A DNA stretch of 63,974 nt, filler included, from Licmophora abbreviata (Eukaryota): NCBI GenBank assembly GCA_900291995.1. It is 12 parts of 12 records of this genome, joined end to end, with 100 filler letters (N's around TTAATTAATTAA, not from the genome) between each part and the next. Parts side by side here need not be neighbours in the genome. Positions count along the whole stretch, not along the records: positions 18,039 to 26,400 come from OLMU01003346.1; positions 26,501 to 29,201 come from OLMU01003347.1; positions 29,302 to 30,327 come from OLMU01003348.1; positions 30,428 to 41,929 come from OLMU01003349.1; 8 more parts are not named here. One strand, written 5' to 3'. Every line of letters begins with the position of its first letter. Positions within the stretch are counted from its first letter, which is position 1. Positions 21,858 to 30,822 of this stretch are shown one piece after another. Position numbers and translations under genes: made by a program. The notes beneath the pieces are model-generated. The model searched no databases. It worked only from the letters and a program-made list of their open reading frames with translations, and was not told where the DNA came from.

Positions 21858-23057
21858 ATGACGAGCGAATCGGCCTTCTACAGAGGCTCCCCGGCCTTTC
21901 GATGGAACTCTCGAGGGAGCATGCGAGTTTTTGCGGCCGTGACGGCTCTGTTCGGTGCCCTTGGGTTCTTCCGGAGAGATATTTTCGAGTCAAGCAATAG
22001 TAGATTCGCACCGTGCGTTGAGGAGCTCGAGTCTACCGGTAGCACAGAAATCTTTCCCCATGACGAGGCTAGCATTCCAGAGGAATTCAGCAGGACCTGG
22101 CCAGACGTTAAGAGAGCGTTATGCCCCAACATGGTACCGAATACCAGTCTGGGATACACGCTGTTTGAGTTGGCACGGAAGGAAGTCGGTTTGAAAAGTT
22201 GGAACCAAGGCAACCATGCCCCACGTGAGGAGAACTTGTTCCGATCTTTTTACGAGGTGCACCAAGGCGCCTTTCTGTACATTTCCCCTGGAAAGCAACC
22301 AACTCTCTACATGGACGTTTGGAAGTGTGCGCATGATCAAATACAAGGCTGGGCCAAAAACACGTTGAAACGGCTGCACGGGGAATTCACAGAGGTGAAT
22401 CCTGAGAATGTCACTTTCTCGCTTGAGACATTGAAAGAGCGAAATCTTCTAGACCAGACATGTGTTGTCACGGCAATTCGTGATCCTGTATCCCATTTCT
22501 TGTCAGGATACAACGAGATTGAATTTCGGAACATGCGCGAGCCAGCTCGACTAGATGACGCACCGGGACTCTTGTTTCCAAGATATCAGGAAGGAAGTCA
22601 AGAGCGTTTTAAGCAATTTGTTGACGATCTTTTGACTGGGCCGGTGGAAGGATCATGGTTGCATACTTTTCATAGAGAGCAGATCGACCATTTGTACAGC
22701 ATGTCGGCGGTTCTTCATGTACTCGCGCTCACAGGTGCAAAGATGTCGTCGTACCTGCCATCACTGAACAATCTACAAGAGGAATGGCCTAAGTATATTC
22801 AAAAAACATGTCCAGGGCTTCCCGAAAGAGTCACAGAACCGATGCATTTGGTGCGACAACATGAATCGAAGAAGGACGAACATGGATTTTACCAGGCCTC
22901 CAAAAGTGTCTGGTCCGATGGAGGGCCAACTGCAAAAGCTATCTGTGCGTTACATGCGTTAGACTACGCGTGTTGGGAGGAGCTCCCAGAGGGTGTACCC
23001 GCGGTGTGCCAAGACGTCTACTCAGCGCCTCATTTTGTGGAGGCAATAACGACTTAG
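21858..23057 (+). CDS. Sulfotransferase family (Sulfotransfer_2-like) type II membrane protein
   Basis: TM VFAAVTALFGALGFF; 5'PSB-like YMDVWKCAH; 3'PB-like VTAIRDPVSHFLSGY. Start uncertain (21720, 21858 or 21921). Confidence 0.72.
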   Translation: MTSESAFYRGSPAFRWNSRGSMRVFAAVTALFGALGFFRRDIFESSNSRFAPCVEELESTGSTEIFPHDEASIPEEFSRTWPDVKRALCPNMVPNTSLGYTLFELARKEVGLKSWNQGNHAPREENLFRSFYEVHQGAFLYISPGKQPTLYMDVWKCAHDQIQGWAKNTLKRLHGEFTEVNPENVTFSLETLKERNLLDQTCVVTAIRDPVSHFLSGYNEIEFRNMREPARLDDAPGLLFPRYQEGSQERFKQFVDDLLTGPVEGSWLHTFHREQIDHLYSMSAVLHVLALTGAKMSSYLPSLNNLQEEWPKYIQKTCPGLPERVTEPMHLVRQHESKKDEHGFYQASKSVWSDGGPTAKAICALHALDYACWEELPEGVPAVCQDVYSAPHFVEAITT

Positions 23058-23101
23058 GAGTTCTCATTACGCCAGCCGTCGTAATTTTGGTTTCATCGCC
23101 T

Positions 23102-25744
23102 TCAAACCCGGCACAATCTTTCCAACGTGGAGGATAACGAGTTCGTGATGTCTTGTTGGGGAAGATTGGAAGAAGAGGACGATTTTTGGCTGTTGGATAG
23201 AGACCCGTTATGAGCAGACCCCTGATTTGCTGCAAGCTTGCCCGCGCCGCTCTCACCGTACCACAGACCGCTTCGCAAGCAAAACCATAGCCACTGACGC
23301 CATATGGCATCTTGACACATGACATCAGGGCTCCCGACTACAACGAAGAGGTTCTCGGCTCGTGTCAGAGCCACATTTGTTCGCTTAGGCTGGTTGAAAA
23401 CACCCATGCGACGTTCCGCATCGTGTGATACAAACTTCGCCGTCGAGCGAGTAAGACTGAGAACGATAACGTCACGTTCCACGGCCTGATAGTCCTCTAT
23501 GGTTCCAACATCGACACCTCCCATGTTTCGTTCACGTAGCAGGGTACGAATCAAGACAACCTGGCCTCGAAAAGGGGCCATCACGCCAATCGATTGAGAT
23601 GAGACTCCCCGCTCGCTCACGAGTGCGGACACGATCTCAACGACTGCAACGGCTTCTTCTCGATTCGACCACGAATTACTTCCGGCCATAGATTCAATTG
23701 TCACCGATGCATCCTTCCCCACGACACCACGAAAGTGTATTGGCCAAGTCATCTGCTTCCTTGTCTCGTCAAGCAGACAGACAGGTTTTGAGCGATTCTC
23801 CACCATGCGTAGACATTCACACCAGTTCCCTACATCCCCCACGCCCTTGGCGACTTGAAGTTTATCGAAATAGAATAGAACACTAGGCATCATAAGAAAG
23901 CTCGGATGTCCCCGATAGTTCATAGTCAGAACGACACTCAATTGCTCTTGAAAAGAGTAGGAGATCAACTCTTCCATCGTTCTGAGGTCGGGTCCCAGCA
24001 TGTCGGTTGTTGCTTGTCCTGGCAAAACGTTCACAGACCGCAGGAGAAGTCTTTCCAGCAAGGACTGCCCCAAACCGGCTTGCGCAGCCTCCATCGAATA
24101 GACGTTGGGACTCAACTGGCGAGGATCACCTACAAGGGCTACCTCCACCTTTCGCGCCCCCGCCGTAGGATCGACCACGACGGACAAGGGAATAAGTGTT
24201 TCTGGTTCTTTCGCTTGCGCTGCCTCGTCAACAAACAGATGCGTAAAGTAAGGCTTATCCACCCCCTCTATGGAGACGGAGAGATCACATCGGTTCATCA
24301 TTTTATCGAAAAATGTACGCCAGCATCGGCGTCTCGCACGCAGCTGCTGATTGGTCAACCCAGCATGAAAGAAAAGAAACGCATCACTGCAGGTGCAAAC
24401 AATGACTCGAAGCTTCCACAACTCCTCGAGCGACGGAAAACAAAATCTACCATCTTCACCCGTCTGACGCGTGAACGGTAGGACTTGTACAGGCACTGTC
24501 GATACTGGACGATCAGCATCGTACAATCGAAACAACTGGGAAGGGGTTCCAAAGTGGTCCATGAGTCGTCGTGTAATGACATCCGCCGCGGTATGACTTG
24601 GAGTGCACACCAGGATGCGATGCTGATCATTTTCGGAAAGGACAAGTGCAATGGCCTCCAATAGAGCTTTTGTCTTTCCCGTACCGGCAGGGCCGGTCAA
24701 ACACATTGGCGGACGTACCGTATCTGTCGATGGATGTCGTGTTCGATGCAACACCATGTCAACAAAGGCGAGCTGCTTTTCATTTAAATCACTTGAACGG
24801 TCAGCTGTGTATAGCATAGATCTATGAGGCATTTTGGGAATAGCTGAGATCTTGGACGGAAACAAAAACTCTTCCACGAGTGCAGAAGGCAATGAATGGA
24901 GCCACTTCAAGGCGGTGATCATTCGGTCATGCAAAGTTGCCGACGGCACAAAACGAACGTTGAATGGTTTATTATTTCGATAACCTTTTTCAAGAAGAAC
25001 GTTCAAATCAAAGTTTAACCAGCTCGCATAGACCACATCCTTTCCCTTGCGTGCCCGGCGGTTCACACCCAGAACTCGAGCAGAGACCTCCACGGTTTGG
25101 TCTCCAAGCCATCCATGGTGGGGATCGTACATGACCACAGGGTGCATGGGCCGGACCAGAACATGATCATTCGGCTGAATCTGCGGTCGCACGTCTGCTA
25201 TTCCAGGAATGACCATGGATGCGTTCATCGCAGGTCCTGGCGGCGATGACACAGCTCGCTTGACCACTATATGAATGTTGTACTGGGCGTATCGCTCGTA
25301 AAGGTGTAGCAGCTCATGGCGTTCGCACCGCAGCAGCGTTTCGAACGTCCTCGCATAGTCAGCGAGATTGTCGATGGCATCTACTCGGGGGAGATTTTGT
25401 TTTCCAGAATCTCTTCTCTGTCGGAGGCTTTCTCGAAAGTCGCGTTCATCAAGCTCTCTAGGCCGTGGATGCGGTATCGAAGGTGGCGGCTGATGTCGCT
25501 CTCCTTCGCAGAAGCAACCAGGCACAGGCGGCACTAACGCACCGTAAATCTGTTTCAGATCGCTGTACAGGCTAGGACGAGCCCCTGCCGTCAAGAGCAT
25601 TGTCACCGGGGCCAAGAAGACGTTTCGAGACTCCTGCGGTGTATATGGGCTCGCCAGGACGCTACGTTCGTCGAGCGGCGCTGCCATAGAAGATGCCTGC
25701 GTGCCTGACGGCTTCCCCGACGTGACCTTGTCGCCCTTGCCCAT
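23102..25744 (-). CDS. MOV10/SDE3: SF1 UPF1-like RNA helicase, MOV10/SDE3/Armitage type
   Basis: LNEKQ; GPAGTGKT; ILVCTPSHTAAD; THLFVDEAAQAKEPE; GDPRQL; NYRGHP; SWSNREEA; GVMAPFRGQV; RTNVALTRA. The N-terminal PGIADVRP segment is typical of MOV10/SDE3. Confidence 0.85.
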   Translation of the reverse strand: MGKGDKVTSGKPSGTQASSMAAPLDERSVLASPYTPQESRNVFLAPVTMLLTAGARPSLYSDLKQIYGALVPPVPGCFCEGERHQPPPSIPHPRPRELDERDFRESLRQRRDSGKQNLPRVDAIDNLADYARTFETLLRCERHELLHLYERYAQYNIHIVVKRAVSSPPGPAMNASMVIPGIADVRPQIQPNDHVLVRPMHPVVMYDPHHGWLGDQTVEVSARVLGVNRRARKGKDVVYASWLNFDLNVLLEKGYRNNKPFNVRFVPSATLHDRMITALKWLHSLPSALVEEFLFPSKISAIPKMPHRSMLYTADRSSDLNEKQLAFVDMVLHRTRHPSTDTVRPPMCLTGPAGTGKTKALLEAIALVLSENDQHRILVCTPSHTAADVITRRLMDHFGTPSQLFRLYDADRPVSTVPVQVLPFTRQTGEDGRFCFPSLEELWKLRVIVCTCSDAFLFFHAGLTNQQLRARRRCWRTFFDKMMNRCDLSVSIEGVDKPYFTHLFVDEAAQAKEPETLIPLSVVVDPTAGARKVEVALVGDPRQLSPNVYSMEAAQAGLGQSLLERLLLRSVNVLPGQATTDMLGPDLRTMEELISYSFQEQLSVVLTMNYRGHPSFLMMPSVLFYFDKLQVAKGVGDVGNWCECLRMVENRSKPVCLLDETRKQMTWPIHFRGVVGKDASVTIESMAGSNSWSNREEAVAVVEIVSALVSERGVSSQSIGVMAPFRGQVVLIRTLLRERNMGGVDVGTIEDYQAVERDVIVLSLTRSTAKFVSHDAERRMGVFNQPKRTNVALTRAENLFVVVGSPDVMCQDAIWRQWLWFCLRSGLWYGESGAGKLAANQGSAHNGSLSNSQKSSSSSNLPQQDITNSLSSTLERLCRV

Positions 25745-26502
25745 CGCTTTTTATAAACTAGACTACTAAGAACGCGATCAACGCACTTTTGCAGACTATG
25801 ATGGAGACAACGGGGTACCGGCGCGAGTCCCGCTCCTGGCTCACCATGCATGCAGAGATCGGAATCTCACATCTCACTGGACTCGAGAAAGTCCCCGAGG
25901 TCAGGCAATCCTCTCCCGCCGGTCATTTACTTAACGTTGAAAGTGCTGCGACAATGACCGGGACCGATAAGTGTGATGCCGATCAGCGATTCGAAAATTG
26001 AGATTCGCGAGTGCAAAGGGCCTTTCGTCGGCTCTCATTCTTCATGAGAACTGGAAAACAGCTCGATCACACGGTAGTTTAATCTGTCCCACCTCTCCCA
26101 CCCTCTGGCTCTGCCGACCAGCTTGGGCTAGGGACGAGGCATTCACCAGCGCTAGTAAAGCCTAGTTTCCCACTCCCTCAAGACTAGACTCATTTAGCTC
26201 CGGCGACGGCTACTCGACCAACCCGAGTGCCGTCGCGCCGTCTGTGCGCCTGACCGTCGGGACGAACGAGAAAAGCGGTGCCAACCGCGGAAAAAACAAA
26301 AACATCAATTCGAGCTTTCCGAGCTCTCCTGTGAGCTAGCCCTCTCGACGGCGATGACACCCATTCACCTTGCCACTATGATACTCTCTTGCCACATCCT
26401 NNNNNNNNNNNNNNNNNNNNNNNNNNNNNNNNNNNNNNNNNNNNTTAATTAATTAANNNNNNNNNNNNNNNNNNNNNNNNNNNNNNNNNNNNNNNNNNNN
26501 TT

Positions 26503-28588
26503 CCTCCGCATGCCGGGGGCCCACCGATCCTCCCAGAGGGACAGGGGGTCCTAGGCGGGGTTGCAGTGGTACCGCCTCCTCCGGTAGCGGCGCGAACGTA
26601 TCAGGAGTTCTTTCTGTCTGAACAGAATGACCCACATGCGAGCGACTACGCCGAAGTAGAGAGAGACTTTCACGCCCCTGTACATGGACCGTCCCGTTAC
26701 AACCCGCAGGCATTGGCGGCCCGGGTGATGGCAGCATCGGCCCACGATGTACCACTTGCAATGATTCAGCATTGCAAGGCACCGGACGCCGAAGACGTTG
26801 GAGTAATCCAAGTCTTCCATCGCGTCACGCGTTTTCCCATCACAGTGGTGGGCCCACCAGAGCCGTGGGATGGAGGCACCTATGCTATCGTTGGGGACAT
26901 CGTTCAGCAACAGTTCGTTCTCGCGCCGTTCCCTGAGGGTAACAGTAATCTCGCTGCACCCGGGACCTTCGTGATGACGGATGACGAGATGCTCGCGAAC
27001 ATAGGAGTCGCTCCCGACGGATTGATCCCATTCGGCGAAGGAGCCGAGCTGGTGGAAGTGCGGACGCGGTTGACGACATTTGTGCCGTTTAAGTACGTTC
27101 CCCTGTTACTGCCTGCGGCCCTACCTCCCAAGGCCGCCTTCCAGCGAGTGGCTGCTGTTGGCAGCGCGGGCCAATGATCAAGTCATCGCCTGCCGACCGC
27201 TGCTGGATTTCCTGAAGGTGGCGGCGACCGCCACCGAAGCACACCCACTCGACTCAGCGGTGTCCAGGTTCTGGCCCACCCTGCCGCAGCCGCCGAACGC
27301 AGCTCTCATCCGTTTCTTCGAACGAAAAGTGCGGCATGATTTACCAGGCTGGAAACAGCGTGATGGGCCATCCGTAGCAGCGCTACAGCCGGTCATCTCA
27401 GCGATAGATGGCCTAACCGCCGAGCAGCGTCAGCAACGCCTAGATACGAAGGCTAGGCAACAGGCCACGGACAGAGGCAAGACGCCATCGCAGTTTTACG
27501 GTGTGCATGGGATCACGAAACTCATGCGCGTGTGTCAAGTCGCGCAGGAGTCCGCGCTCCCACCGCTCTGGTCGCAGCTAGCCCAAGCACCAAAGACAGG
27601 ACGGCTCACCACAGTTCAGAATGTGGTTGACGAGCAGCGGGCAGCCCTAGGTGTATACTTTGAGGTTCCGGTATCGGTATCGTTGGTGTCGAAGCTCACT
27701 AGTTTGAGCTTCGCAGGGGCTAACCCGGAGGACATCACCTTAGGGATACAGCCGTTTCTCTTTGGCCTGCCGACACCACAGCAAGCTGAGCAAGTAGCCC
27801 ATCGAGCCGCGCTATACCGCCACATCCATGGAGGCGAGGGGGTGCCGTCACTGGCGGACACCATGATCTTGGAAGCACCCGACGACGTCCGCGCGGCCAC
27901 CACGCTACAGGCTACTCAGCATTCGATCGACGCCACTCGCGCGGTGCTATCGGCCATGCTGGGCATGGCACATCCAATCGTGTCATACCTCACCAGTACC
28001 CGGCAAGCACTCGACGTGTGTGCTAGCGAGCTCGCCGTTCAGGCCCAGCAGCAGCCCACACTCCCACTCGACATACAGCGTTACATCCAAGTTGAGATGG
28101 CGCATTGGTTCAAAATGCAAGAGCGGGCGCACATGCCGGTGCCATTTATGGCGAAGCCGGTAGTGTACGAGGCGGCTAAGGGCGCACACTTCTGGCGTTA
28201 CAGTCTGCCGGCAGCTGTGCAGCCACTTCCCGCACCAGCGCCAGCTCCACCCACCGCACCTGCACCAACTCCAGCGCAGTCGTCGGGCTCCACACCACCC
28301 CCGGCCAGTCCAGCCCAAAACATCGTTCGAAACATGCAGCTTGACCCCCGGTTCCGTGACGTTAAAGCCCGCCCCAATTGCCGCTCCCGCGCTATCCGTA
28401 GGCGTTGCCAAGAGCAAGGCATCGCTCTCCCCAAGGACGCGCGCGGGAAACTGCGTTGTCTGTCCTATCACATCGTCGGACAGTGCAACGAGCGGTGCGG
28501 AAATGCCGTCGACCACCACAACGACCAACTTGAAGCAGACCAGGTCGCTTTGTTGGAGTGGTGCGAGGCAAACTGGCGTCCTGAATAG
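26503..28588 (+). CDS. Gag-like ORF1 of the YR retrotransposon; open from the contig start; apparent frameshift near 27160
   Basis: Frames 26566..27177 and 27080..28588 read as one protein (..AFQRVAA / AARANDQVIACRPLLDFL). Pro-rich linker, then RCLSYHIVGQCNERCGNAVDH. Confidence 0.72.
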
Positions 28589-30327
28589 GACGCCGGCAAT
28601 GGCCGAGTGCTCGGGGGCACTCGCCAAGAGCCATTCACCTTACCGTCGCTTATGGCGACGGTACCGCCACCCCCGCAGGCGGAGAGTCTTAGTAGTAGTA
28701 CCAATAAGCCGCAACGGTCGCGCCCCCTTAAACGACGTGCCGCTGCCATTGCTAGCTTACACCATAACGATAAACTAGGTAAGAGTATACACTCAGACTT
28801 ACAACTTCTACGCCGCCACGGTCTCACTACGCTCCTACGCTTTCGACAGGGAGCTGGTGACTGGGGCGACCTACAGACCGTGCGCCATCACCCGGCGTAC
28901 CGGCTGCTGAGCACCTACAAAGCTCGTGGCGTCCCTATCACCCTCGCCGACGCTCCCTGGTCGTCTGACGAGAAGACATCGAGCATCTCCCGCGGGCCCC
29001 ACAAGTCCGCCTATGACCATCTAGAGTTCCTACGAGACGACATGGCCGACATGGTCGCTAAAGGTTATTGGGTAGTATTGCCGTTCGACGCCGTGCAGCA
29101 GACCACGAGTCTGCGCATTAGTCCCATCGGCGTCGTGCCTCAAGCAGCCCGGCGTTCACGCCCTATCGTCGACTATACGTACTCCGGTATCAACGACATG
29201 ANNNNNNNNNNNNNNNNNNNNNNNNNNNNNNNNNNNNNNNNNNNNTTAATTAATTAANNNNNNNNNNNNNNNNNNNNNNNNNNNNNNNNNNNNNNNNNNN
29301 NATCCTCCAAGAAGCTCTCCGCCACGTCCTCCCGGACTCCCGCCTCCGAATCACCGAGGATGTCCACTCCACCTTGGACCACTTCCGACAGCTCCAAGCG
29401 GATTTGCACGCGCGACCCACGCGTATCGCTGAGCTTGTCCCCCTCCAGCCCACTGTCCACGGATGCCATGACGCGGCGGCCACCGGCGCAGGTGGCATCC
29501 TTCTACCGACGCCAACCGCCGTCCCCCGCGCTACCTCCCTGCGCACCACCACCGGCCGTCGCCGTCTCCATCACACTCCCGGGCCCATCGTCTGGCGCAT
29601 GCCGTTTCCACCTTCCATTGCGGCCAACCTAGCCAGCTTCGAGAACCCCCACGGTGACATCACCAACACCGACCTCGAGCTCGTCGGCAGCCTCCTTCAA
29701 TCCGCTGCCGCCTCCGACTGCTTCGACTTGCGTGAAAGGACCCACCTCCAGCGTACCGACAACCTCGGTACCATGTACTGGCAACGTAAGGGCTCTACCA
29801 CTACGCTCAAGCCCGCCTCCCGGCTTTTGCGCTACCAGGCGGCCCATCAACGTTTCCACCGACATGTCACGGTCCATGACTACATCCCAGGACCGGAGAA
29901 CCAACCTGCTGACGATGCCTCTCGCCTTCAGCACTTGTCAAACTCACAGTTTTTGCGCCATTTTGACACTCACTACCCGCAGACTCTCTCCTGGCGACTT
30001 TGGACACCGCCACCCGAGCTGCGTTCCTGGCTGATCTCCGCGCTGCAGACCACGCCGTCAGCTTCGGCGTTACCGCTGCCCGCGCCTCCGCCGCCGATAC
30101 CCACTGGGAGCTTTGGTCCGACTTCTGCGCCGAGCTGGCCGTCGACCCATTACTCCAAGGCGTCGCCGACAAGATCACCCTGCTCCAAGTCTATCTCCAC
30201 CGCTACCGCACTGGCATCCTCGCTCCCCGCGGCCGTGCCGTCCGAGCACGCACCGCTGAGGATGCCTTACGGTCGGTTGGTCAAACGTTCTCTGCGATGG
30301 GGTCCGCGGACCCGCGTCTCACTACCC
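28589..30327 (+). CDS. Pol: reverse transcriptase (N-terminal part 28589..29201, catalytic core in gap) and RNase H (29302 onward)
   Basis: RGPHKSA..HLEFLRDDMADMVAKGYWVVLPF..LRISPIGVVPQ..RPIVDYTYSGIN. After the gap: LQEALRH..DLHARPTRIAEL..GCHDAAATGAGG..ITNTDLEL..TDN..ADDASR. Confidence 0.85.
30000..30327 (+). CDS. Tyrosine recombinase, N-terminal core-binding region; overlaps pol in another frame; catalytic part lost in gap
   Basis: GVTAARASAADTHWELWSDFCAEL.VDP.L..LLQVYLHRYRTG..VRARTAEDALRSVGQTFSAMGSADPR matches the 'W..F..FC ... TI..YL..V ... G..DP' pattern of DIRS/Ngaro YR. The R-H-R-Y catalytic residues are not visible. Confidence 0.7.
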
Positions 30328-30822
30328 NNNNNNNNNNNNNNNNNNNNNNNNNNNNNNNNNNNNNNNNNNNNTTAATTAATTAANNNNNNNNNNNNNNNNN
30401 NNNNNNNNNNNNNNNNNNNNNNNNNNNGGTGCCAACCGCATCCTCCTTGTGCGCGACTGTCGGGGATGGCGCGCTTTGTGTTAACAAGGGAAGATCTGTT
30501 CGGCGCGCTGTCATGTCCTGACAGAGTGAGACCATAAGTAATTTTCCGTTCCTATTTAAGGTCGTACCAATTTCCAAGAAGCATTAAAATGCTTTATGAC
30601 TGTTTATAGGATTTATCATCTCGGTTGGTCCACACACAAATATTGCGTCACATTCGCTTCATCGACGGCATGGGTTCACGTTTCGTCTTGCACCCATCGA
30701 ATCACACACGAGGGACGGCGTCTCATGCTTGTGGATACATCATTCCTAACATGCGGTCCTGCCATACCGATGAATTCTAGGTTGCTACCACATGAGACGA
30801 GGGGACAAAGAAAAGAAAAAGG

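Larger units (their letters stand above)
26085..30439 (+). mobile_element. Tyrosine-recombinase retrotransposon (DIRS order, Ngaro-like): gag, RT/RNase H, YR; interrupted by three assembly gaps; boundaries tentative
   Basis: gag-like ORF with C-terminal Cys/His knuckle; DIRS-type RT motif ISPIGVVPQ..RRSRPIVDY; RNase H motifs DAAATGAGG, LELVG, TDN, YIPGPENQPADDASR; overlapping YR N-terminal domain. The 12-mer ggtgccaaccgc occurs at 26277 and 30428. Confidence 0.85.

Noticed and set aside
26085..30440. Interpreting the element as a classical LTR (TG..CA) copia/gypsy element
   Set aside because: No DDE integrase or protease motifs; RT/RH signatures and the third ORF are DIRS/YR-type; the 5' repeat copy does not end in CA.
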